Positions 35,976 to 44,696 of a stretch of 63,187 bases of DNA are shown in pieces. The stretch is from Corallococcus exiguus (GTDB lineage Bacteria; Myxococcota; Myxococcia; Myxococcales; Myxococcaceae): the NCBI RefSeq assembly GCF_012985275.1, contig NZ_JABEKY010000003.1. The stretch is one strand, 5' to 3'. The notes beneath the pieces are model-generated. The model ran no database searches. It saw only the letters and a list, made by a program, of their open reading frames with translations, and was not told the DNA's origin. Every line of letters starts with the position of its first letter. The stretch's first letter is position 1. The position numbers and the translations under genes are program-made.

Positions 35976-38302
35976 CAGGCCGCCAGCAGGCTCTTCTGGC
36001 TGATTTCGATGACCACGAACTCCGCGGGCTTCAGCGGCGCGAAGGCCACCTGCGCGGTGACGATGCCCGCGTCCACGTTCTCCTGCGGGTTGGTGCTCCG
36101 GTCGCAGACGACGCTGAAGGCCTCTTCCGGAGTGCTGCCCTGGAACGCGCCCTGCCGGAACAGCCCCAGCATGAAGGATTCGATGGCGACGCGGATGCGG
36201 CCCCAGAGCTCTTCGTCGTTGGGCTCGAACACCGCCCACATCAGGCCGCGCCTCAGCGACTCCTTGAGGAAGAGCGCGGTGCGGCGCACCGGGATGTAGC
36301 GCCACTCCGGATCCGGCGACAGTGTGCGCGAGCCCCACGACACCAGCCCCACGCCGGGGAACTGGCGCAGGCAGTTGAGGCTCGCCGGGTTGAGCTGGTC
36401 CTGCTCCGCGTCGATGACGGGGTACTGGAGGCCCAACGCATTGGCGAGAGACGCCTCGATGCCAGCTGGCGCCTTCCACACGCCGCGCGTGGTGTCCGTG
36501 CGCGCGAAGAGGCCCGCCACATGGCCGGAGGGCGGCACCAACCGCGTGGGGTTGCGGCCCACGCCCACGGGGTCCGCCACGCGAATCCACGGGTAGAACA
36601 TGGCCGAGTTCTTCGAGCGCGAGGGCAGCCCGTCCACGAACTGCTTCGCGTCGTCCGGCACCACCGCGAAGTCCTTGTCCACGCCGCCAGGGCCGTCCGC
36701 AAGGAAGAAGCAGTCACCCCGGTTGTCGCAGTACGCGACGCCCGCGGCGATGAACGACACCTCGTTCTTGCCGGGCAGCGCCACGATGTTGACGTCCTCC
36801 GTGTCCAGCGCGTGCAGGCCCGTGCGCAGCTTCGCGTCGCCCGCGAAGTCGGACGTGTCCAGGAGGCCCGCGCCGTCGTCGCCGCCCAGGAGCCGCAGGT
36901 TCGTCACCGAAGACGGACGCACCACCGGGTTCGCGGGCGAGTCATCCGAGTAGCCACGCGCGCGCGGCGCGAAGCCCAGCTGCCGGAGCATGGTGGGCAC
37001 CGTGGGCTGGAGCGTTTCGCTGATGGAGAGCTGGAGCCCGTCGAAGGACTCCGCGCTCATGCCCGCCGTGCCAGCGGCGCCGGTGCCGGTGAAGCCGGTG
37101 GCGGAGAGCGACAACATGGAGGTGCCCGCGGCCGTGGCCAGGCCCGTGATGACGGTGTTGCCCTGCGCGTCCGTCACCACCGACGCGACCTTGCCGGCCA
37201 GCGCCACGCTCAGCGAGTGGTTCAACTCCGCGGGCGTCACCGCGCCCTTGTCCACCGCCAGGATGGGGATGGGCACCACCGTGGTGCCGCCCGGCGGTCC
37301 CACGGTGACCTTCGCGTCCTCCGGATCCAGGTCGTACGTCGCGCCCGTGGGCTTGGGGATGGTGAGCGTGGGCCCGGTGGCGACCTTCAGCGCAATCTCC
37401 GGCGAGTCCGTGCCGCCGATGACGAAGGTGTTGGTGAGACTCGCCGAGGTGACGGCCTGGGTGAGGAAGGCCTTGAGCTCCGTGGCGGTCAGCTGCACGC
37501 GGCCGTTGACGAACGCGGCGGCCGGCACGGCGGCCACCACCAGGGCCTGGGTGATGGAGACATCCAGCGTCGTGCGGGGCAGGTCCGGCTGGGCCTCGTC
37601 CCAGGTGGAGACCTGGAGCTTGCCGCCGTCATAGAGGCTGTACTTCGTGCTGGCCAGCACCGCGGCCTTGAGCCGGGGAGGCACGCCCGGGACGAGCACC
37701 GCGCCGGGAGCCCTCGCGGCGAGCGCCACCTGGAACTCGTCGCGCACGCGGAGGTAGCGGGAGATGTCGTTGATGCGGTCGCCGACATAGTCCTCGCTGG
37801 ACAGGTCCATGCGCACGTCCTCGAACGTCTCCAGGCGGCGCGTGGCCCCGGCCTCCGTCCACATCACCTCCACGCGGAACGCCTCGCTGGGGAAGTTGAG
37901 GGAGTCGCTCACGTTGACGCGGAGGTAGTCGGACCACTCGCCCGCGCCCCGCGCCAGGAACGTGAGGGCGTTGAGGCTTCCGCCCGCTCTCGCGACCAGG
38001 GGCGTGGACACGCCGCCCACCGCGTCGGACGGCAGCACGCGCACGACGTAGGCGCGCCGACCGCCCGAGTCGAAGAAGGCCTCCACCGCCTGCGCGACAA
38101 GGCCCGCCTCCCCGGGCTCGTGTCCGCCAAAGGCCCGCTCGTACTCGGCGAAGCCGGTGACGAACGAGGCCAGGGCCGGGATGCCTCGCGCCGTGCGCCC
38201 GACGAACGCCGCCGTGGACGTGCCCACCCCTTCAATGGGGCGCGCACCGGCACTGATCTCCTCGACATAGACGCCCGGATGCAGTCGCTCAGCCACGTTC
38301 AT
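35975..38302 (-). CDS. contractile tail sheath protein
   Basis: AGGAGG-ATG start MNVAERLHPGVYVEEISAGARPIEGVGTSTAAFVG is the sheath N-terminal signature. The C-terminal YPWIRVADPVG...GVWKAPAGIEASL...SWGSRTL is the sheath C-terminal domain. 775 aa. Confidence 0.9.
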   Translation of the reverse strand: MNVAERLHPGVYVEEISAGARPIEGVGTSTAAFVGRTARGIPALASFVTGFAEYERAFGGHEPGEAGLVAQAVEAFFDSGGRRAYVVRVLPSDAVGGVSTPLVARAGGSLNALTFLARGAGEWSDYLRVNVSDSLNFPSEAFRVEVMWTEAGATRRLETFEDVRMDLSSEDYVGDRINDISRYLRVRDEFQVALAARAPGAVLVPGVPPRLKAAVLASTKYSLYDGGKLQVSTWDEAQPDLPRTTLDVSITQALVVAAVPAAAFVNGRVQLTATELKAFLTQAVTSASLTNTFVIGGTDSPEIALKVATGPTLTIPKPTGATYDLDPEDAKVTVGPPGGTTVVPIPILAVDKGAVTPAELNHSLSVALAGKVASVVTDAQGNTVITGLATAAGTSMLSLSATGFTGTGAAGTAGMSAESFDGLQLSISETLQPTVPTMLRQLGFAPRARGYSDDSPANPVVRPSSVTNLRLLGGDDGAGLLDTSDFAGDAKLRTGLHALDTEDVNIVALPGKNEVSFIAAGVAYCDNRGDCFFLADGPGGVDKDFAVVPDDAKQFVDGLPSRSKNSAMFYPWIRVADPVGVGRNPTRLVPPSGHVAGLFARTDTTRGVWKAPAGIEASLANALGLQYPVIDAEQDQLNPASLNCLRQFPGVGLVSWGSRTLSPDPEWRYIPVRRTALFLKESLRRGLMWAVFEPNDEELWGRIRVAIESFMLGLFRQGAFQGSTPEEAFSVVCDRSTNPQENVDAGIVTAQVAFAPLKPAEFVVIEISQKSLLAA

Positions 38303-38312
38303 CCTCCTGGTT

Positions 38313-40271
38313 TCAGATGGTCCCGCGCCTGGCGGTATCGACTTCTGTGACAGATGTTCCCGGATGGCCGCTGGCGCCTCGCGCAGCACCCCGCGCGATG
38401 AGATCCACCCGCGGCGTCTCGACGAGGCGGGCGGTGCTGCGCGCGTTCGGCTCGTCCATCAGCGCGGAGACCCGGTAGTCCACACAGCAGCGGTACAGGT
38501 GGTTCAAGAGGTCGTCGCGGCGGCGCAGCTGCGTCTGAAAGAAAAAGCACTCCTCCTGGAACACGAGCGTACGGCCCCGGGCCCAGGCGCCCTCCACAGG
38601 GCGACTGAGCGTCACGCGGTCGCCATCCAGTCCCAGCACCAGCGCCTGGAAGCGCTGCTTGCCCACGCGGTAGCCGTCGTCGCTCGAGCCCAGCACCATC
38701 ACGTCGCCGGGCTTGAGGCGCGAGGCCGCCGTGACGGAGCGGCGCAGCGCCGGATCCAACGGCCCCACGGGCTCCGCCACCAGGTGCACGTGGTCCACGG
38801 TGAAATCCAACGGCGTGCCCGCCTGCGCCCCCAGCGTGAGCACCATGTCGCTCGCGGCGACGGTGACGCCTGGCGCGGCGACAGGCGGCGCGGGCGTGGC
38901 CTCCGCATCCTGGAGCGGCTGCGGCACCCCGTCCGCCGACAGCCACACCACGCCCTCCCCCGCCTCCAGCCGCGCGTGCAGCACCACGCCGGCCTCCAGC
39001 CGCTCCACCGGAAGCCGCCAGCGCGTCTCCGCGACCTGAGTCCCAGTGGCCTGCGCCAGCGTCGCGGTGGCCACCACCTCGCCCATGAGCCCGGTGTCCA
39101 CCTGCTCGTAGCGGACGATGAGCCGCAGCACGGGCTGCCCCTGCGCCATCAGCACGGCCACCGGCAACGACTGCGCGGCCACGGCGCCAGCGGCGACGCG
39201 CAGCCCCAGTGACAACGCCAGTCCGTCCGGGGCCGGATTGTCGGCGTGGAAGAGGTCGGGCACCGCGGGCATGGGATAGACGAGGACGGAGGCGGTGCCC
39301 GTGCCGGACAGGCGCAGGCCCTCGGCGGTGGGAAGGAAGGACGCGCCGGGCGTCAGGTCCACGCGTCCGCCGCGCGCGCGCTCCAGGTTCTGGTCGCTGG
39401 CCTCCAGGTGCACCAGGGACAGGGCCGTGGTGGGCTCGCCGCGCGTCAGCAGGCGGACCGTCGTGGCGCCTTCGGGCACATCCTCGGCCAGCAGCGACGG
39501 GCGCAGCACCATCTGTCCGCGCGTGGGGATGGAGAGCGCCACCGTGTCCATGATGGACGCCAGGTCCACCTGCGAGCCCGCCCACAGGTCCACCTGCACA
39601 TCGATGGCCATGGCCTTGGGCGCGCGGATCTTGCTGAGGAACACCCTGCCCTCTTGGGAACGCTCCGGAGGCTCCAATCCCAGAGGCCCTTCGATGCCGC
39701 CAGTGACGGGCAGCACCTCCACGCTGGAGCGGAACTCCATGGAAGGGATGCCCGCGTCGGAGCTGATCGCGAGCCGGCTCCCCTCCACGTCCCAGCGAGC
39801 GATGACGGCGGCGAGCGCCTCCAGCAGCAGCGGGTCCGTGAGCGGCGCGCCCGTGGGTTCCTGGAAGAGTCCACCGGTGAGCGCATCCGCCAGCCGCGCG
39901 TTGATGGCGGCGGCGAGCGCGGGGCCCGTCGCGGCGGAGGCGAACGAGCCGCCCGGCAGGCCCGTGAGGGTGACGGTTGTGCGGCCATCCAGGCGCAGCT
40001 GGAGCGAGCCATTGGGGGGCACGCTGTCCCCGGAGGCGCGAGGCCTGCCGACGAGGTGACCCGGCACACGGAAGGTGGCGACGCCCGTGCGGCCGTTCTC
40101 TCGCTCGGGTTCGGGGAACAGGCCCAGCGGACCGACGACGGAGAGGAACGGCACGCGCGAAGGCCGGTAGCCCTCATCCACGTAGCCATGCGCGGCGAAG
40201 ACGCGCACGTCGCCGCTGCGCAAGGCCACCCGGCCCTGCCAAAGCAGTCCGCTGAGGATCTCGCGAATCAC
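38313..40271 (-). CDS. hypothetical protein (652 aa), first gene of the contractile-tail operon; possible cap/terminator-like N-terminus
   Basis: Clean ORF immediately upstream of the sheath, preceded by an AT-rich promoter region. The N-terminus MIREILSGLL weakly recalls DUF4255-type tail-terminator starts. No Walker A. Confidence 0.6.
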   Translation of the reverse strand: MIREILSGLLWQGRVALRSGDVRVFAAHGYVDEGYRPSRVPFLSVVGPLGLFPEPERENGRTGVATFRVPGHLVGRPRASGDSVPPNGSLQLRLDGRTTVTLTGLPGGSFASAATGPALAAAINARLADALTGGLFQEPTGAPLTDPLLLEALAAVIARWDVEGSRLAISSDAGIPSMEFRSSVEVLPVTGGIEGPLGLEPPERSQEGRVFLSKIRAPKAMAIDVQVDLWAGSQVDLASIMDTVALSIPTRGQMVLRPSLLAEDVPEGATTVRLLTRGEPTTALSLVHLEASDQNLERARGGRVDLTPGASFLPTAEGLRLSGTGTASVLVYPMPAVPDLFHADNPAPDGLALSLGLRVAAGAVAAQSLPVAVLMAQGQPVLRLIVRYEQVDTGLMGEVVATATLAQATGTQVAETRWRLPVERLEAGVVLHARLEAGEGVVWLSADGVPQPLQDAEATPAPPVAAPGVTVAASDMVLTLGAQAGTPLDFTVDHVHLVAEPVGPLDPALRRSVTAASRLKPGDVMVLGSSDDGYRVGKQRFQALVLGLDGDRVTLSRPVEGAWARGRTLVFQEECFFFQTQLRRRDDLLNHLYRCCVDYRVSALMDEPNARSTARLVETPRVDLIARGAARGASGHPGTSVTEVDTARRGTI

Positions 40272-40414
40272 GCGAAACGACCCTCCAGGGCAATGTCATG
40301 TCTGGCTTCAAACTGCTGCGCCACGGCACCCCCCGGCACCCCTCGGAAACCGCCCGTCTCCCGCTGTGACACGCGAAGGGCGGCGACAATGAATCAGGAA
40401 CCCAGCCGCCGTCA

Positions 40415-40457
40415 ACACTGCACACATGTATTGCTTTGATATTTTGTGTGTCTATTC
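40415..40457. promoter_or_regulatory. AT-rich island in the divergent region upstream of the contractile-tail operon and the DUF1622 gene
   Basis: acactgcacacatgtattgctttgatattttgtgtgtctattcc is about 30% GC in a 70% GC background. It contains ACATGT and TGTGTGT elements. Confidence 0.3.
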
Positions 40458-40544
40458 CGACGGGCTTCCCATCCCAAGGGGAGGGTGGATCGCGGTGGCT
40501 GTCCGCTGCGTCGCAAACCACCTTTGCCGGAGGGGGATCGGTGG

Positions 40545-40919
40545 ATGCGATTCGAGGATCTGGTGGCCCTGGCCGCCCAATTGTTCGACGCCTCGGGCGT
40601 GGGCGTGATGGTGGTGGGAACGGTGGTGTCCGTGGCGCTCGTCCTCCGGGATGTACGGGGACCGCGGAGGGGGGAGGCGTACCGTCAGCTTCGCCACTAC
40701 CTGGGCCGCGCCATCCTGCTGGGACTGGAGCTGCTCGTGGCGGCGGACATCATCCGCACGGTCGCGGGGGCGCCCTCGCTGCGGCAGGTGCTCATCCTGG
40801 GCCTCATCGTCCTCATCCGAACCTTCCTCAGCTTCACCCTGGAGGTGGAGATCGACAGGCGCTGGCCCTGGCAATCCAAGCCAGCTGACGAGGATGCGCC
40901 CGGCCCTCCGCGTGCATGA
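40545..40919 (+). CDS. small membrane protein (DUF1622-like)
   Basis: Internal ATG MRFEDLVALAAQLFDASGVGVMVVGTVVSVALVL. Two hydrophobic helices. Confidence 0.55.
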   Translation: MRFEDLVALAAQLFDASGVGVMVVGTVVSVALVLRDVRGPRRGEAYRQLRHYLGRAILLGLELLVAADIIRTVAGAPSLRQVLILGLIVLIRTFLSFTLEVEIDRRWPWQSKPADEDAPGPPRA

Positions 40920-41120
40920 GCCCATGGGAGGGCCCGGCCCGCTGCCTGTCTGTCATTGGGGGCCAGCCAGGCGGCAGCCGCGTCTCCGGGCCGGTGTGGA
41001 TTGCCCACCGGGGTCGGGGATGCACACCCTCCAGATCAGGCCACTCCCATGGTGGGAAGCGGCGTTACGAGGCCCTGCCTCCAAGCTCGCCGGGAAGGGC
41101 CGGGGTCAAAGGAGGCGCGC

Positions 41121-43442
41121 GTGGAGAGCCCCAGCGCAAGCTTCGACCCGGAGACCCTCGAGACCCTCTCCGACGCGCATTCCCGGCTGCTCCTCGAGAC
41201 GCTGGTGGCGAGCACGCCGGTGGGCCTCGCGGTGGTGGACATGGAGCAGCGCTTCGTCCAGGTCAACGACGCGCTCGCCGCCATGAATGGCCTCCCGCGC
41301 GCCGCGCACCTGGGGCGCAAGGTGCAGGACATCGTCCCGGAGATGTGGCCCACCCTCCGTCCCCAGTATCAGCGCATCCTGGAGGGAGGGAGCGCGCAGA
41401 CGATAGAGGTGGTGGGCGCCACCTCGAAGGAGGTGGGCGTGGAGCGCCACTTCCTCGTCAGCTACTACCCGGTGCGCACCCACTCCGGCGTGTTGCTGGG
41501 CATCGGCGTCATCGTGTCGGAGGTCACCGAACAGCGCAGGGCCCACGACGCGCTCCAGGCCAGCGAGCAGCGCTACCGCTCACTGGTGGAGGCCATGACC
41601 CAGCCGGTGTGGTCCACCAACGCCCGGGGCGAGGTGGTGGAGCCCGCGCCGCGCTGGCTGGCCTTCACGGGCCAGACGCACGAGGAACACCTGGGGCTGG
41701 GCTGGCTCACCGCCATCCACCCGGACGACCGCAAGCGCGTGGTGCGCAGCTGGGTGGAGTCCCTGCGCACGAAGGCGTCCTACCGGGGCGAGTTCCGCCT
41801 GCGCTTCCACGCGGGGGGCTACCGGGACGTCGTGGGCCGGGCGGTGCCCGTGTTCGGTGACAAGGGTGTCATCCGGGAGTGGGTGTCCACGGCGGAGGAC
41901 ATCACCGAGCGCAAGCAGGCGGAGGCCCAGGCGGAGAACGAGCGCGCGAGGCTGCGCTCCGTGCTGACGAGCGCCCCGGCGTCCATCGCCATCCTCTCCG
42001 GAGAGCGGCAGGTCTTCACGCTGGTGAACCCCCTCTACAAGGTGCTGTCGGGAGGCGCGGACCTGATGGGCACCTCCGTCAAGGACGTCGAGGACGAACG
42101 GGGGGTCGAGTACTCGCGGCTCTTGGAGCAGGCCTATACCCGTGGAGAGTCCTTCGTCGAGAAGGAGGTCGCGGTCACCACCGACTTCCAGGGCGACGGG
42201 GCCCAGTCGACGCGGCGGTTCGACGTGGTGTACCAGCCGCTGCGCGACGTGCGGGGCCAGGTGGACTCCGTGCTGTCATTCGCCGTCGACGTGACGGAGC
42301 GGGTGGAGGCCCGGAAGAAGCTGGAGGAGTCCGCCGCGTCCCTGAGGAACCAGCAGCAGTGGCTGGAGGCGATGCTGGACCGGACGCCCGTGGCCATCAT
42401 CCTGGTGGAGCCCGTGACCGGCCGCATCATCTTCGCGAACCAGGCGGCCCGGCAGATGGCTGGCGGTGATTTCCCCGGGGGCCTGCGGGAGGAGAACTAC
42501 ATGGGCGGCGCGCACCGCTTCACGGACGAAGCGGGCCGCGAGCTGACCATGGAGGAGATCCCCGGCATCCGCGCGGTGAGGGGCGATCCCGTGCACGCGG
42601 AGCCGGTCGTCTGGCACACGCCCACAGGACATTACTCCCTGCTGGTGGAGGCGGGCACCCTGCCCGCCCAGCACGGCCACCCGGAGGCGGTCCTCCTGGC
42701 GCTCCAGGACGTCACCGAGCTGAGAAAGTTGCAGGCCCAGCTCCAGCACGCCGTGTCGCTGCGGGACGAATTCCTGACGGTGGCATCACATGAATTGAAG
42801 ACGCCGCTGACGCCGTTGCAGCTCAAGCTCCAATCCCTGGTCAAGGACGCGCAGGCGGAACAGACGCTGGAGTCGCTGCGGGAGCGCGTGGTGAAGACGG
42901 CGGAGACCGTCTCCGGGCAGATACGGAAGATGACCACGCTCATCAACGACCTGCTGGAGGTGACGCAGCTCACGGGCCCCTCCGCACCGCTGCAACTGGA
43001 GGACGTGGACCTGGCGGACGTGGTGCGCGACACGGTGGAGCGCTTCCAAACCCAGGCGGCGAAGGCGGGCTGCGAGCTCATCGTCCATGCGACACCCGGT
43101 GTCGTGGGCCGCTGGGACCGCCACCGGCTGGAACAGGTGGCGAGCAGCCTGCTGTCCAACGCGCTGAAGTACGGCACGGGCCACCCGGTGACGCTTCGCG
43201 TGGAGCAGGTCCGCGGCCGGGCGAGGCTGAGCGTGAGGGACGAAGGCATCGGCATCTCGCCGGGGAGCCTCCAGGCCATCTTCGAGAAATTCACCCGCGC
43301 CGTGTCGACACGGCATTATGGCGGTCTGGGATTGGGCCTCTTCATCACCAGACAGATTGTCGAAGCCCACCACGGCACCCTGCGCGTGGAGAGCCAACCC
43401 GGCCACGGCGCGACTTTCATCGTGGAGCTGCCGGCCTCCTGA
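41121..43442 (+). CDS. PAS/PAS-domain sensor histidine kinase
   Basis: GTG start with AAGGAGG 5 nt upstream; alternative ATG at 41049. Repeated PAS segments. H-box HELKTPLTPLQLKLQ. HATPase C-terminus (GTGHPVTLRV...GGLGLGLFI). Confidence 0.8.
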   Translation: MESPSASFDPETLETLSDAHSRLLLETLVASTPVGLAVVDMEQRFVQVNDALAAMNGLPRAAHLGRKVQDIVPEMWPTLRPQYQRILEGGSAQTIEVVGATSKEVGVERHFLVSYYPVRTHSGVLLGIGVIVSEVTEQRRAHDALQASEQRYRSLVEAMTQPVWSTNARGEVVEPAPRWLAFTGQTHEEHLGLGWLTAIHPDDRKRVVRSWVESLRTKASYRGEFRLRFHAGGYRDVVGRAVPVFGDKGVIREWVSTAEDITERKQAEAQAENERARLRSVLTSAPASIAILSGERQVFTLVNPLYKVLSGGADLMGTSVKDVEDERGVEYSRLLEQAYTRGESFVEKEVAVTTDFQGDGAQSTRRFDVVYQPLRDVRGQVDSVLSFAVDVTERVEARKKLEESAASLRNQQQWLEAMLDRTPVAIILVEPVTGRIIFANQAARQMAGGDFPGGLREENYMGGAHRFTDEAGRELTMEEIPGIRAVRGDPVHAEPVVWHTPTGHYSLLVEAGTLPAQHGHPEAVLLALQDVTELRKLQAQLQHAVSLRDEFLTVASHELKTPLTPLQLKLQSLVKDAQAEQTLESLRERVVKTAETVSGQIRKMTTLINDLLEVTQLTGPSAPLQLEDVDLADVVRDTVERFQTQAAKAGCELIVHATPGVVGRWDRHRLEQVASSLLSNALKYGTGHPVTLRVEQVRGRARLSVRDEGIGISPGSLQAIFEKFTRAVSTRHYGGLGLGLFITRQIVEAHHGTLRVESQPGHGATFIVELPAS

Positions 43443-43655
43443 CGCCGACAAAAAAACACACACATCTCCCACCCGACCCCAGGTGCGCCGCCGGAACACC
43501 AGGACCGAGCAGGTCGCCAACCCGATGCATCAGGGCCGCGCCGACCCATTCCCTGCTCATCCGTTCCGCCGGGCACGGCTATGTTTCGCGTCGCTGTCTG
43601 GGTATGATGCCCGCCGGGGGAGCGCGTCCCGCCGGAAGCGGGACAGAGCGCCATC

Positions 43656-44696
43656 ATGCCCATGCCCAAATTCCTGTCCGTGCACGGCGCCGCCGCCGCG
43701 GTCCTGTTGAGCGCCCTGCCCGCCTGGGCCCAGTCCGCCCTGCCCGGCTTCGAATTGGAGCACCTGGAGATCAACCCCGGCCGCGGAACCGCGGTGATGC
43801 GCAACGGCGAGCTGCTGGTGCCCGGCGGCATGAGCCTGGGGCTGGTGGGCCAGTACCAACAGCTGCCGCTCGTGCTCCTCAACGGCGAGCGCCGCCTGGA
43901 GGCCGTGCGCAACCGCGCGTCCTCCGTCCTGGCGGGCAGCTACGGCGTGCTGCCCTGGCTGGAGGTGGGCGCGCAGGTGCCCGTGGTGTTGTGGCAGCAG
44001 GGGGATGATCCAGCGCCCCTGGGCCTGACGCCGCTGGCCTCGCAGGGCCTGGGCACCCCGGAGATACAGGCGCGCCTGGGGCTCTTGTCGCGCCGTGACG
44101 ACCACCCCGTGGACCTCGCCATGGACCTGGGCGTGGGGCTGCCCATCGGCAGCGCGGCGGTGCTGGGCCGGGACTCGGGCATCCGCGTGCGCGCCCTGGC
44201 CGCCATCGGCACGCAGGTGGGGTTCCTCAAGCCCGCGCTGGAGGCCGGCGTGCTGCTGCGCTCGCGCAACCCGCTCTCCGCGCCGAACGCCTCCGGACAG
44301 ACCCTGGAGGTCCGCCTGGGCGCCGGGTTGACGACGGCCGGACAGGGCCTGCGCGGCGAACTGGCGGTGAAGGCCGCCTTCGCGGCGGACATGGACCAGC
44401 CCGCTGTGGAGGTGCTGGCCGGCGGACGCATCCCGCTATCGGAGGGACTGGAGCTGCACGCGCTCGCGGGGCCCGGCCTGGGACGCACGCCGGGCACGCC
44501 CATCGCCCGGGTGCTCCTGGGCGTGTCGTTCCGCCAGGAGCCTCCTCCCCGGATGGAGGTGCTCCCGGAGCCCGTGCCCCACCTGCGCCTGGAGGAGTTC
44601 AAGACGCGGCCGGAGTACGTCCCGGACTCGAGCGTGGAGCCGGTGCCCACCCGCGAGCTGCTCCCCCCTGAACCCGCGCCGTCACCCTCGCCATGA
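43656..44696 (+). CDS. secreted Ala/Gly-rich protein with signal peptide, outer-membrane beta-barrel-like
   Basis: Signal peptide MPMPKFLSVHGAAAAVLLSALPAWAQS. Alternating hydrophobic beta-strand-like patterns. Pro-rich C-terminus. Confidence 0.6.
   Translation: MPMPKFLSVHGAAAAVLLSALPAWAQSALPGFELEHLEINPGRGTAVMRNGELLVPGGMSLGLVGQYQQLPLVLLNGERRLEAVRNRASSVLAGSYGVLPWLEVGAQVPVVLWQQGDDPAPLGLTPLASQGLGTPEIQARLGLLSRRDDHPVDLAMDLGVGLPIGSAAVLGRDSGIRVRALAAIGTQVGFLKPALEAGVLLRSRNPLSAPNASGQTLEVRLGAGLTTAGQGLRGELAVKAAFAADMDQPAVEVLAGGRIPLSEGLELHALAGPGLGRTPGTPIARVLLGVSFRQEPPPRMEVLPEPVPHLRLEEFKTRPEYVPDSSVEPVPTRELLPPEPAPSPSP

Noticed and set aside
35976-36590. N-terminal extension of the tube-1 ORF overlapping the sheath gene
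   Set aside because: Gly/Arg/Pro-rich and in a different frame from the sheath. The tube starts at the ATG overlapping the sheath stop.
5313-40271. Intact prophage interpretation of the tail cluster
   Set aside because: There is no capsid, portal, terminase, integrase, lysis or attachment-site signal in 63 kb. The gene set is tail-only, with eCIS-like giant baseplate proteins.
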